From Octopus sinensis (taxonomy: Eukaryota), in assembly GCF_006345805.1 (NCBI RefSeq), contig NC_043008.1:27342001-27406000 (forward strand): a DNA stretch of 64,000 nucleotides. Reading direction: 5' to 3'. The translations under genes and the position numbers were made by a program. This document shows, in pieces, positions 1-13,352 of this stretch; positions within the stretch are counted from its first letter, which is position 1; each line of letters starts with the position of its first letter. The notes under the pieces are model-generated. The model searched no databases and was not told the DNA's origin. It was given only the letters and a program-made list of their open reading frames with translations.

Positions 1-44
1 TACATATAATACACACACATAATAAATTGTATATATATGTAGGC

Positions 45-424
45 AAAACAGCTCTACAACAATGTCCAGCAAACTAGACTCTCCTACCTTTCACAAGAAA
101 TGACACAGGTGGTAATTTCCCATATATTTGCATTTTGGTTGGATGGCGCTTCCACGAGAGATTTTGAGCTCTCATAAGGAGGCGAGTGTAGGTTCCATCC
201 AACCGCCTCTCAAGCTTCTTTGATAACGTCCAGGTTTCTGAGCCATATAGTAGAATTGGTTCGACTTTGGCTTTGAATATTTCAAGTTTGAAGTCTCTAC
301 TTAGATTTGATGACCAGATCTTATGCATGTCATTACAGGCTGACCAGGCCATACCCTTTCTAGTTAGAAAGTCTTTTCCAGATGATGATATGTATGGCCC
401 AAGATATTTATAATCAGAAACCAT
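45..424 (-). mobile_element. Non-LTR retrotransposon (RTE/L2-type) RT C-terminal fragment, pseudogenised
   Basis: ORF 74-424 reads YKYLG...ILLYGSETWTLSKKLERRLDGTYTRLLMRAQNLSWK. Past a stop codon it continues FAGHCCR, the GH..R motif typical of RTE/L2-type ORF2 ends. Confidence 0.75.
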
Positions 425-506
425 ATTTAAAGGCGCACTGTTGAGAGTGTGGATGATGCAATCACTGTTGGACAGGCACTTGTTTATGTATTCAGTTTTG
501 GCCTCA

Positions 507-703
<197 letters not shown>

Positions 704-1789
704 AATTATTGTATACAGTGCTCAGGTGCACCACAACTTGTCAAAAAGTGCGCATAAAGTATATGCAGTAATGTACAAATGTCTGGAAAGCGAACAGCGT
801 ATGAATCAGATACATGCTTGCGTATGTATGGAGGGGAGAAAATCAGGTGTAGTGTTGGCGAATCTCAGGAAGCATGGAAGTTTGAAGGATGCAGTGCTCC
901 GAAAACTAACAGTCTATGGGATCTAATAAATTTAGATTTTAAAAGTTTGGTAAAAAGGATTATAATCCAAGTAGTATTATTTTTTGTTGCTCTATTGAAG
1001 GGCTGTATTGTGTTTAAAGTGTCAGCTATTCTCATACAAGGTATCAGTTTATTTTTTGCTATAATGTCCCCATGATTATCGAGTTCTATGGTTATGTATG
1101 TTATTGAAAGAATTTGGCACATTTAGATTGTTCTTATTGTTTCTGTTTATTGGCTTAGAGTTCTTATTTTTATCTCTAATTATAAAGCGTTGGCGTTTTT
1201 TGTCAGTATTCATAGGTTTATTAATTTTAGTGTGGTTAAGAAGGTGGAAATTACTCAAATATATTTTATTCTTTTCGTTTGTAAAATTTTGGTTGTGGTT
1301 AGTTTATATTTGAATTCAAACCTAGGAGTGTCTTTTCCATTGGATATTTCTAATACTTATTTGACCTACGTTACATATTTGGAGTTAAATTTTCTAATTT
1401 CCATACTCATCCATAGAGGGAACATCTGTGATATCTCTTTACATATATCTTCAAATAATATGAATTTACTAGATCCAATTTTTCTGTTATATTCCTTCTC
1501 ATGTTTCTTGTATTATGGATTCTACTTCCTGCCCTGAAGAGAACGTTGATACTTAATTTAATTTAATTCAGTCATGAATTTACAATATTATTATTTATAT
1601 ATCTCTGTACGAAATGATCGTCAACAAGAATTAAACTTCTTATATATTTTAACAACTTGTCCCTCTATCTATAACTAAATTGATGAGATTTATGGGACCT
1701 TATTCCATAAATTCACGAAGCAATACATACACACACACACACACACACACACGTATACATATAGATATTAAGTATGTATAGTTAATTTA

Positions 1790-2040
1790 AAGAACGACGA
1801 AGAAAAAGCAATGGGAGGACGTAGTACATGTAATGTATTAATGAGACAGAAAGAACTAGTAGTTGTTTTACTTTTCAAGCATAGCCCTTCTTCGGGAACA
1901 GAAGACACTGGAAAGTTCAAAAGAAAACTGAGAAGTAGCAGAAGATCCCTAAAAGTCCATGCATAGTTACATTTTTGAAATGACCGGAAGTAGATGTACA
2001 AAGCGAAAATGCTTCCTAGGGCAGTAGAATGTGAAAAATG
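1790..2040 (-). mobile_element. Solo PLE pseudo-LTR-like remnant with a degenerate minimal HHR (1864-1899)
   Basis: Minus strand GTTC-CCGAAGA-A-GGGC-TAT-GCTT-GAAAAGTA-AAAC. The layout resembles the pLTRs at 35310-35450 and 39385-39500. Confidence 0.4.
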
Positions 2041-2049
2041 GTTAGTATC

Positions 2050-2370
<321 letters not shown>

Positions 2371-2824
2371 ATAAATATATTTACAGACAGAGAGATAGTT
2401 GGATAGATATGTGTATAACTGTATATATGTAAGTCTCTTATGGAAGTCTGTCATGGCCTCTAGGAGTTACACTTTTCTCTTTGTGCAAACCCACTTCATT
2501 CGTTCGATAACTGTAAATTTGTTTCTGTTGTATTTATGGCATGTGTATAATTATTACTATTTGTTTCTCTTTGTATGTATATAGCCGTAATGTGTCGTGT
2601 TTTTATATATGCATAATTCGTTGTCTGTTGTATTTATATAATTTCTTGCTTGCGTTTGTCACAGCACACATACGCTAGCTTTTTCACAGTAGCTTAATGA
2701 AAGTACTGGCGCCAGCAAAATTGATCAATATCAAAGGTAATTTCCAGTTGGTTTAGATCTCGTCTATTTCCAGTTTGCTCTGATTTCGTCTTTTCTCCCT
2801 GTACTCTTACTGTTCAACACTTCG

Positions 2825-2890
<66 letters not shown>

Positions 2891-2954
2891 AGAAAGGTAC
2901 CCACCAAGGCACAGCAAAAGTCGATACTGCTTGGCTCTAGTGACGTCGTAATTA

Positions 2955-3100
2955 ATTACTACAGCTGAGTGAACTGGTGCAGCGTGCAATGAAATGACTT
3001 GCTCCAGGACACAATATACAGCCCGACCTGGGAATCGAACTCAATAGTTCGATATTGTGAGCTCGACGCTCTAACCCCTGAGCTGTGCAACTTCACACAC
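2955..3100 (-). mobile_element. tRNA-derived SINE fragment
   Basis: Minus strand CAGCTCAGGGGTTAGAGCG (A-box-like) and GAGTTCGATTCCC (B-box), then GTGTCCTGGAGCAAGTCA...CCAGTTCACTCAGCTGTAG core. Confidence 0.7.
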
Positions 3101-3151
3101 CTATTTGTATGTATAGGGATACATATGTGTATATATATATCTATATGTATT

Positions 3152-3216
<65 letters not shown>

Positions 3217-3299
3217 ATGTCTGTATATCGTTTTTGTATATATAAACAATAGGCAACGTAAAGGTTGAATTATATATAAGAATTAGTGGAACAAGAACA

Positions 3300-3545
3300 T
3301 ACCAATGTTTGCTGGAAATAGAAGTCGATAGCAGTACGATACCATTGTAAAGCTTCACTGAATGTATAAAGGCAAAGATGTATGTGGGCGGCGAATACAA
3401 AAATATTTTCATCGAACAACTAGAATAACGCCAGAGAAAATATATAACCGGATACTCGAGTTTCAGACTTTCCAGGTTAAATTTGTTATGATAAATCAGT
3501 TTAGTCCTAGTCAACTTGGTTCATCGAAAGCAAAATTTAAAATAT
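3300..3545 (-). repeat. Diverged copy of the HHR-bearing repeat at 5289-5557; ribozyme core decayed
   Basis: Aligns by eye to the reverse complement of 5289-5550. The HHR region 3449-3520 reads TTGACTA-GGACT...AGTCT-GAAA-CTCGAGT-A. Confidence 0.7.
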
Positions 3546-4364
3546 CCGCTACGTCAATTCCTATACATTCCACTGATAGCCCAAGCCATAAAGAGAACCG
3601 AGAACTGAAAAATTTTATGCAGTAATTTTAAGTATTATAATACAACTCAAAATGTCAGTGTATGTTTACTTTTATTAATATTTAGCAGAAGCAACAGAGA
3701 GACTGACAAGCAGAAAGTTTTGAGTGCTGGCAATTATTAAACTAGTTGCAGGTGAACAGATGATGGTTTATTTATTTGTTTATGTATTTACTTATTAAAC
3801 GACATAATGGGCAAATTATTCGAAGAATATAAATTATCAACGTGACAATGGAATTCTTTTTAAAATTCGCTCTACAATAATCGAGGGAAATGTAACTTTT
3901 GACTCTTCGGCCTATAACTAGCTCAATAAGTGCCAATGCACGAATGTCTCGGCCCTTGAATCAATCTGTTTCTTCTGCAAAATATTAATAAATATAATAA
4001 TGATAAAAATAAAAAGAACAATAATAATATGAATATGTGTGTGTGTGTGTATATATATGTAAGTGTATATGCCTGTGTGTGTGCGTGTGTGCGTGTGTAT
4101 GTGAGTGTGTGCAAACACGAGGCTAAATTTTAAAAAAAATTACATGCACTCTTTATTATTGAAACAAAAACCGAAGTTGAACGAGTACATTAAGTTTCGA
4201 CAAACTCTACTTCCGTTTCGATGCTCTTCTTCTAGGGGCCCGCAGGCTTGCTTCTTCCAGTTGAGATGATTGTTTTTGGCTGCTCATGCATTTATCTATG
4301 TTCAGTTTCTTGTGCTTTTTCGTCCTTGAAACGTGCGGATAATATTCGACCAACCCTGGTATAT

Positions 4365-4650
4365 CTTTTTACTTGTTTCAATCATTTGACTGCGGCAATG
4401 CTGGGGCACTGCCTTAAAATGTTTAATGCCGAATAAATCGGAACCAGTACTTCCTTGTTAGTTTCTTACTCCTTCTGTCGATCCTTATACCGAACTGCTA
4501 AATTACGAGCATGTAGACATAATGCAGAATGTCATGTTGTGACGAAGGGATAAACATAGACACAATGGAGCTGGCATATACAAACATATATCTGGGAAAG
4601 GTTTCTTTGCAATTTCCGTCTACTAAGCCAAGTCCGCTCACTAGGATTTG
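4365..4650 (-). mobile_element. SINE (abundant Octopus-type family), degenerate
   Basis: TTTTACTTGTTTCAATCATTTGACTGCGGCAATGCTGGGGCAC...; homologous to 34950-35285 and 39510-39882. Confidence 0.7.
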
Positions 4651-5212
4651 GGTGGCACTATTTCGTGTACTATTTCAGTTGACAGAATCTGTCAACTGAA
4701 ATAGTAGCAGAATCAGTGAAAATGTTTCGCTCCGTGCATTTTAAAATATGTTAAATCATTTGGAATATCATTAAGTATCTAAGGAAAGCGGGTTCTTTAT
4801 AATAATATAATGTACGCGTTAATCAATTAAAGGATTCGTTACGAACGGCCATAATGAACTGACACCTACCTTTCAATTATTATTTATTTATATTTTATTC
4901 ACCTGTCTCAGCAAATGCTCCCCGCAAATTCTGAAGTATAATAGGACTGTATATTTAATAAAATGTACATGTCTGAATAGCTCAAGAGCGGATTATACAA
5001 TCAGCTGGGTAAAGTTGTCTGCATACAATGCAAGAATATCATTCTGCTGGTGAGGCGTTTAGTAACAGGCCGTCGTAAGCACCACAGTTTAAGAACCGAG
5101 CAAAATGCAGTCAAAGACTCGCGACTGTCAGAATATTATACCTCGAAAAGGAATGACTCTCACATTGCATGTTTTTAGCCATAATATCTAGAAATAGCAT
5201 ATAGCGACCTTC

Positions 5213-5284
5213 TAAAGTACTCGAGTTTCAGCCTTTCCAGAATACGTTTGTTATCATATATCTGGTTTGTCTTCTTCAGCTAGG
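5213..5284 (-). ncRNA. Degenerate type I HHR (inverted partner of 5309-5378)
   Basis: Minus strand CTAG-CTGAAGA-AGACA...AGGCT-GAAA-CTCGAGT-A-CTTT. The core is intact but stems I and II are mismatched. Confidence 0.55.
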
Positions 5285-5308
5285 TTTTAAATTTCGTCTT
5301 CGATGAAC

Positions 5309-5378
5309 CTAGCTGAAGAGGACTAGTCAGATTTCCGATAGCAAGCGTATTCTGGGAAGTCCGAAACTTGAGTACTAG
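5309..5378 (+). ncRNA. Type I hammerhead ribozyme
   Basis: Stem I CTAG(5309-12)/CTAG(5375-78); core CTGAAGA 5313-19; stem II GGACT/AGTCC with a TCAGA/TCTGG extension; GAAA 5363-66; stem III AC-TTGA-GT; GUA triplet, predicted cut after 5374. Confidence 0.75.
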
Positions 5379-6468
5379 ATTATCCATTCTAGGTTGTCTT
5401 TTAATCGAGCGTTTTTCCTAGAAGTGAGACGAAATATCTTTATATTCGCCACCCGCACAAATCTTTGTCTGTATACATTTAGTGAAGCTTTGCGTTGCCT
5501 CGTACGGATATCGACTAATATTTCCAGCGCACACATTGGTGCCGGATTGTGCCACAATTTTATATATATATATAAGTAAAATAGCTAGTTGTAAAATCTC
5601 AAGAAGAGATCAGAATGGTATCTATACTAAGAAGTAAACCTGAAGCCACGTCAAAGTGGCTGTTCCATGTTACTACTAGTTAACCCCAGAAGGGGTATAT
5701 ATATATACGAATAACTTTCGTTTATGCAGTTATTAAGTGTGAGCCATGTTTGAAATTTACGTAAAATAAAATAATATAGTTAATCTAGAAATTTTGAGGG
5801 AAAAAAGAAAGAAGTACTGAATGTAGTTATATTATATACAGGGACAAGTATATTGACGCCATACACTTTATCAAGAGGAAATCAACAGTATTTTCGATTC
5901 GAAGAAAACGAGAGAAATAACATTATGTTATCGTCTTATTATAAGGTTAGGAAAGAATATTTAATTGAATTATGTTTAAAAATGTTTCATTAACGATTAC
6001 CTTAAATATATATGGCTCAGGTAATAGAAAACTATGTCTAATTTTATCGCGGAATTAATCATCTTCTCAGTAAAAATCACAAGTAGTTAAATTGAGGCGT
6101 TTAATAATGAATAAAATTTAACAACGAAGAAATATTAGCATACTGACATTTACTAGTTTAGTGTGTTATCTTAAATATTGTTAACATTAGCATTAAAAGG
6201 ACAAGTTAACGTCTAATGAATAATTCATACTGAAATTATTAACAAAAATTAGTTATTAATCGTTGTTGCTAACATATTTATTGATAAATGTTAATGTTTT
6301 ATCATTAATAGTGTATTAGATTATAATTGCTGTTGTTCACACTCTCACGCTTAAGATATTCAACAAACCGTGTTTGAGTAACAATATATATTTTAAAAAA
6401 TTTCAAATTACGTACTAACAGTGTAATTAAGATATGATACTAATTATTCAAATCAAATTACATTGTTA

Positions 6469-7749
6469 CGAGGGGCGTTCAATAAGTAATGCCTCTGACC
6501 CACTTCCCATAGCAGTAGAGCAACGAAACTTGGCACAGTTATTAGTCTTGTTCTACATAGGAACCATCCAGAGTTACGCATTTCTCCCAGTGTTTGATGC
6601 AGCTCTGGAGACCGTTTTTGTAGAAGACCCCAGCTTGGTCCTCCAACCTGAACGTGACTTCAGAAATCAAGGCTGCATCATCTGGGAAACGCTTTCCTTT
6701 CAAAAACAACTTCATGACTGGGAAGAGCTGAAAATCAGAGGGTGCAAGGTCAGGAAAGTAGGGGGAGGGGGAGGGGTTCATAGCCATACGCCTGTGCTTC
6801 TGATCTGGTGACAAGCGAGTTGTGGACCGGAGCGTTGTCCTGCAGGAGGAGGATACCTTTGCTGATCTTGCCCCGCCTCTTGATTTTGATAACTTCTCTT
6901 AATTTACTCAAAAGTTAAGCATAATAGGCTCCTGCAATTGTGGTACCCTTTGCCAGGAAATCTGTCATCACTACTCCGTCCTGGTCCCAGAAGACTGTGA
7001 GCATGACCTTGCCAACGGAGGGCTGCCTTCTTTGGAGGGGATGAGTCACGGTGCTTCCACTGCATTGACTGGGCTTTGGTCTCTGGATCATAGTGATGGA
7101 CCCAGGTTTCATCCTGTGTAATCAGTCTTTTGAAAAATTTTGACTCATCTTCTTGGCACATCTCCAAATTCACCCTCGAGCACTCGACGCGTTCTTGCTT
7201 CTGGAAAGGCGTGAGCAACCTGGGAATCCATCTGGCAGACACCTTTTGCATATGCAAATGGTCATGAATGATAGTTTCCACAGACCCGGTACTAATCTTG
7301 ACCTCATGGGCTATTTGGCGAATAATTATGCGTCGATCTTCCACAATGGCAGCCTCAATTTGACGGACAGATGCCTCATCAATGGCAGAAGGGGCGACCA
7401 GATCTGGGAGCTGTTTCCACAGAGTTCCGACCATGTTTGAATTCACGATGCCAGCGTTTTACAAGGTCATATGATGGAGCATCATCACCATAAGTTACTT
7501 TCATGTCATCAAAAGTCTCCCGTGGTGTGCGTCCTTTCAAATACAAAAACCGGATCACTGCTCGACACTCAACAGGCTCCATTTCACACTTGACTCGGTT
7601 CAAACACCGGTAAATCAGAAGCCACAATTAGTTCAGAGCTGTAATTTGCCACTTACTCTATAGAGATATAAATAATTGCACATGCCAACTTTCAGCTAGA
7701 TCAAACAACTGCAAGTGGGTCAGAGGCATTACTTATTGAACGTACCTCG
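6469..7749 (-). mobile_element. Full-length mariner DNA transposon (irritans/Hsmar2-like), 1281 bp, inactive
   Basis: ~37-bp TIRs CGAGG(GG/TA)CGTTCAATAAGTAATGCCTCTGACCCACTT at both ends, TA flanks at 6467-68 and 7750-51, and transposase motifs inside. Confidence 0.93.
6542..7582 (-). pseudogene. Mariner DD34D transposase, frameshifted
   Basis: Split over several frames: MEPVECRAVIRFL..., KVSARWIPRLLT (WVPHEL-like), ITQDETWVHHYDPE, GKVMLTVFWD, PYFPDLAPSDFQLF (YSPDL-like). Confidence 0.9.
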
Positions 7750-8639
7750 TAACAGCTCCAGTAACACGGCAGGTACACTCATTATGTAAGTTTATTATAT
7801 CGAATAGATTTACTGATCCTATGTGGATAACCTATATAAATGCTAGACTTAAGTATACACACAAATACACATATACATATGTATACACAATCTTGCCCGC
7901 ATGCAAGAATCACTCGGTGTATACATATAGACTAGAAGTAAAACGCAAAGAGGGGGAAGAAAAAGCAAAAGAAAAGGTAACGATCTTATAAGCAACAGAT
8001 TGCTAAAGAAGGGAGTAAGAGAAGGGAAGTGGGGTAAAGTTACAGGACTCTATACAAGTAACGTATAGGGGGAGAAAAATTATTGTTTCCTCAACTAAAA
8101 AAAGGAAGAAAGAAGTCTGTATAAGCGTAACAAACTTTCAAAAAATAAAATTACGTATACATGTGTATATAAAAGTGTATATTAGCAGTAAGTACATATA
8201 TAAGAACACATATATAAATATATAGAGATAAGTACGTAAATACACATCCGCATAAATTCAAGTGATTACATGCATACATATACATCCATGTATGTGTGTG
8301 CATAAGTATAAACATACACGCTTACTTACACATATACATAGGCGCATACATACGGATACATATGCATGCGAACAATACAAATATTCACATAAAAACATGT
8401 CTAGGTCCTGATGTATATACAAACATTATTTTAAAAAATTGCTAGGTGTATAATAATAAAATTTAGATAAAAGACATGCAAAATAGAACACCCTATATAG
8501 AATTATCCATAAATTAAATGGTTAAAATGGGTTTATAAAACCCATATACAAAATATATTCAAAAACTTTGCGATGCGGAATAAATCATGCACAATACGAT
8601 ACAAACCCAACAGTGTGATTAAAAAATAGTCTAAGAATC

Positions 8640-9590
8640 AAAAGTATACGCTATCCATATGGGATAATGCTAGTCGACATTTTAAATTTAGCTGCTTGTC
8701 TGCAGGAATTCAAGAGTTCGCTTATTTGATTTAAAGAATTATTGTCATGGAATAAAATAAAATATTTCTCCAGCAGGCATAAATCGCACTTGAAAGTTCT
8801 TTTATGTGTACCGTGCCTGTACGGTGCACCTCTATCCAAAATACTCCATGTCACGTTGAAAGGTCGGGTTTCTTTTTCTTTTAATTCGCAGACATTTCGC
8901 CAGGCTGGTCTTCCTCCTATTTTCGGGATATCTAAAGGAATTTTTATACGAATAGAATCGCGTTTTAATAGAATATTCAGAAGCCCCTGTATATGTTCTA
9001 TATTCGCGTGAGCCTTCTATCTGCACCTTGGCTCTATACACGATTCATTTTTCCAGACATTTCCCTTCCAACGGTCAGGAGGACCCATCTTTGAAGTTAC
9101 AATTTTAAAAAGAATCGGTACTATGCTTATTAGCAATTATCCTACTCGTGTTGGTTAACGAAACAGGCAACGTTTCTGCAGTAAGAATCGCTGATCTTAA
9201 GCGTTCTTCTATTAAATATTCTATAAAACTTATGGTCAGGTTGAAAATGGACAAAAACTAATTTCAAGAATTCCCTACCCATATTTGTTTTTTCGGCCAG
9301 ATTGACAGCTAGGTTGAACCACAAAACTTTCCTAGTCCTAGTTCTACGTGTAGCATTACTGCTAGCATTAAGTTGGTTATACTGGATCTTCTCAGAGAAT
9401 CCACTATTCCTTAATGCGCTATTGTAATAAGGTGCAGCATTCCGGAATGCAGCCTCATCCGAAATAATTGACGATATTCGTCTACCTACATTACCGACTG
9501 ATTTCCTAAGAATACCTGGCGGAGGATTTGATTCTTTGCTAATATATTATAGCTTATCATTAGGCTTATAGTAAGTCAAATGACAAACAA
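8640..9590 (-). mobile_element. Penelope-like element, 3' half (post-RT region plus GIY-YIG), degenerate
   Basis: Fragments WFNLAVN...TNMGREFLKL...HFQPDHKFYRIFNR, YRAKVQ...RTYTGASEYSIKTRF and WSIL...CDLCLLEKYFIL...LNQISELLNSCR. Confidence 0.8.
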
Positions 9591-10110
9591 GTAAAAGAAT
9601 AAAAGAATCTTTCTCTCTCTCTCTCTCACTCTGTCTGTCTGTCTCTCTTCATATATATACATGTAGTAAGATATAATTTTTATGATGTGCTTGCTTTCTA
9701 AAACATCGGTGTACGTGTCTTGGGACTAGGTGCTTTTATTTTATCACACGCCGAATTAAACTGTCCTTTTTCATGATTTAAACGGTCTATTATTAAAATA
9801 TTTTCAGCACACTAGGAGACATTCACACCTTCAATATATATTTTGTACTGTATATCCGGCTCTGCTAAAAGAATGTTATGGCAATTAGTGTGTTCATGAA
9901 AATAACCGCCATCGGCAGATAATTTCGAAATTCTATGACACACATATCTATGAAATAGTGCCTTTAGGATTATTAGTAGATCACATGCTTAATAATAAAT
10001 TTTATTATCTGGTATATGGAAAGAAAAAAAAAATGGCAGAATATATCTATATCTATATCTATATCAATAATAATTCTCTAAATGAGATATAGACAGTAAC
10101 TGCTCCATAA

Positions 10111-10305
10111 CATAAGGGACTAAAGCCATCTGAATATGGCTAGGGACAGGGCAGGGTGGTGGGGGTGTTACTGTTGCATTTAGCCCCAGGCGAACATCAA
10201 GCCTATCTGGCGACGTTGATGTTCGCCTGGGGCTAAATGCAACAGTAACACCCCCACCACCCTGCCCTGTCCCTAGCCATATTCAGATGGCTTTAGTCCC
10301 TTATG
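10111..10305. repeat. Perfect 90-bp inverted repeat with a 15-bp spacer
   Basis: 10111-10200 is the exact reverse complement of 10216-10305 (checked base by base); spacer GCCTATCTGGCGACG. Confidence 0.95.
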
Positions 10306-10326
10306 GTATATCTATATCTATCTATC

Positions 10327-10388
<62 letters not shown>

Positions 10389-12470
10389 ATATAATATATA
10401 TGTATATATATATATATATATATTTATACATATGCATATATATGACAAACATAGATATACATGTTCGTATGTGTATATGTAAGTATACATTAGAAATGAG
10501 TTACAAACATAAGTGATTAACTGCATTGGTAAATATGTTTTTAAGACTTCACCTAACGATTTCACGTGAATGGACCTCAGCTACTGAATCTTAATTTAAA
10601 TGATATTAGCAAAACATGTATCATTCTACAGGAATGAGGAATAGTGTATACAAGAGCAACAATGATACCGGGATGGTATTTTTTAATATTTAAGACATAA
10701 CTACGTACGTTTCAGATCAGATGATTTTGATATCTGAGTCGGTATCCTTCGGATTAGTACAGTATAGTCCGTATTATCCATGGGCACTCTGTTGCTTCCG
10801 CTAAATATTAATGTTAATATACATATACTTATATATAATATTTAACATCCTAAAGACATATTTATAGATGTCTCTAAAGTGACAGACGGTACAAGGTGGT
10901 ACCGGTGTTACTAGAAATAAGAGTCAAAACGACTTCATAGCCACAAAGTACTATCTTAATAAACTGACAAGGGAAACAAAGCACCCTAAGGTCACAGACA
11001 TATTGAAATCACTAGTGATTTCAAATTTTGTTGCAGAGTATCTTAATTATTATCAGTGGATCTTACTGTGTCTAGGGTTAAGCTCGACTCACTTCGTCAA
11101 CTTATACAGAAATCCGTTGAAAACATATGCTGATTTCAAAAATGGTAGACGTGAAAACTATAAAATAATATGTGTGGCTTATTAGCAATTTAACAACCTA
11201 AAGGCAAATTTATGGACGTCACTAAAATGAGAGGGTACATTGCTAGTAATAAGAGTCAAAACGACTCATTAGCCACAAGCCTTTCATTCGCATCTACAAT
11301 GGCTTTTGTGAGCATATGGTTTGTACAATTTCTCGCTGGTGAGAAGGAAGCAAGACATTTAAATTCAGTACCTTATAACCGTATTTTGTCCATAGAAATT
11401 GTACAGATTGTAGTTTTGGTTACTATTCTCTTCTAAATTCACGGAACTATTGCATATAATTTAAAGCCTTGTTATTCAACTTTTTATAGTAGTGGCACTA
11501 CCCTAATCGGTGCCGCGTTGGGTGGGGGTGAATAACGGAGTAGCCTGATAGAATGATAGTCACAATTTTATAAGTTCATAACGTAATGTTAGTTTATTCG
11601 TTATTTCATTAAAGAGTTTTGCTTTAGCTGTGCAGACTTAATCATGTGTGGAATTATGTACCGTGCATAATATATTATGACATTTATTTCAATTATATTA
11701 CATTACCTGAAAAAATAATTACTGAAGAAATAATTATATAATTAAATAAAATTCAGAAAATATGAAGTGCTTCATAATAATATTTTAATAAACTTGTTTA
11801 ATTTTAATTGGAATGGAGCGGGTGTTCTCAAGTATGATACGGGCCCACATGTTGTGAATATATAAGATTAAAAACCATTTAACTTGAAAACTGTCAGCAT
11901 GCATTCGATTTGTTTCCGTCCTCTACGTAAGAAGCTGACCAATATGTAATATAATGTGGATTAATTTTAGATTGTTAAATACGCTGTTTTAGGGTCACAC
12001 TAGTGAGCGTTAAATAAGGCCGATACATCCCATTGCTACACTAACATATGTAGAAAAAGAAATTTTAAACTTCATACAGGTATAGCACTAATTTGCGCAT
12101 GGATATTTTTTACTGGTTGAGGTTTTTGATTCACCCTACTGGTTTCATTGGAGTAATTATTAGGGTTAGTATTTCACTGCGCCTCCTATATTTATCACGC
12201 ATAAAACTTTACGCGTAATCCTTATTTGTGCGTAATTTTACATGTATTTTTATGATCTTATATTTCTTCTATATTTGTAGGTACGTTTGGGTTTATTCCT
12301 TATATGATTCAATTACATTCATTTATGTATTCGGGAATCTGTTTGACTGCCTATGATTTGCGTTTACAATTTCCTCCTCTACCCTGTATTATTTCGCATT
12401 GGCACTCCGTAAATAGCCCATACTTTCCATAACATATTTTATTTATATATATATATATATATAATATATA

Positions 12471-12510
<40 letters not shown>

Positions 12511-12784
12511 ATGCGTATGTATATATATGTGTGTATGTTTGTATATATGTGTATATATACATAGATATGTATATATTTATATGTGTGTGTATGAATGTGT
12601 TATATCATTGTGAATAAATGAATACACTGTAACAGTGTGATAACAGTATAATCGAAACAAACGGCAGTAGTCATACACAACGTAACAACAATCTTTTAGA
12701 AACAAACAATCCCACACACTACATCGAACTGTAAACTTTGAAATATGAACACGGGAACTATATATTTCTTTATTACCGACTAGG

Positions 12785-12990
12785 TACTAAATACAGAGGG
12801 GACAAACAGGGACAAAGGGATTAAGTCACTTACATCGACCCCAGTGCGTAACTGGTATTTAATTTATCGACCCCGAAAGGATGAAAGGCAAGGTCGACCT
12901 CGGCAGAATTTGAACTCTGAACGTAACGAAAGACGAAACACGGCTCTGCATTTCGCCCGGCGTGCTAACGTTTTTGCCAGCTCGCCGCCT
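12785..12990 (-). mobile_element. tRNA-derived SINE with CCTTTCATCCTTTCGGGGTCGATAAA central domain
   Basis: Minus strand GGCGGCGAGCTGGCAAAAACGTTAG (A box) and GAGTTCAAATTC (B box), then the conserved core. Related copies at 60120-60265 and 61395-61555. Confidence 0.85.
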
Positions 12991-13302
12991 TCAACACGAG
13001 AACTATAGAACGAGGAAGGACTGTGGAACTAGCACGAACTACCCCACTTATTCAAACTACATACATGTAGTGGTCCATTCCATTCTTGCAAGGGAGCGTT
13101 ATACATCCGCGCAATACCTTCCTTTTTGAGATTTCGTGTTCCAAAGGAATAAAGAAATTTTATATATATAATTATAATTAAGAACATAGAAGAAAGTCTT
13201 GCCTATATTCTAAAAGGAGATGTTAAATCGTCGAACCACATTAAATATCATCACTATTATTATTACACACGTAGCCATCTGACGGAAAGTCATAAATTTT
13301 AG

Positions 13303-13352
13303 TTATCGATGGATCGGCCAATTTCTGGATTAACACAAACGTTTTTTCCTCG
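13303..13352 (-). ncRNA. Candidate degenerate type I HHR
   Basis: CTGACGA-GGA...TCC-A-GAAA-TTGGCCGA-T-C. Near-palindromic stem III ATTGGCCGAT and AUC triplet; stem I is only partly paired (TCTCTG/CATCGA). Confidence 0.4.

Noticed and set aside
930-1530. Possible decayed PLE RT region on the minus strand (ITIELDN...FNRATK)
   Set aside because: The motifs are too eroded to support a call.
11712-11790. CTGAAGA...GAAA with a TATGAAG/CTTCATA hairpin
   Set aside because: Very AT-rich, with no closing stem II or stem I.
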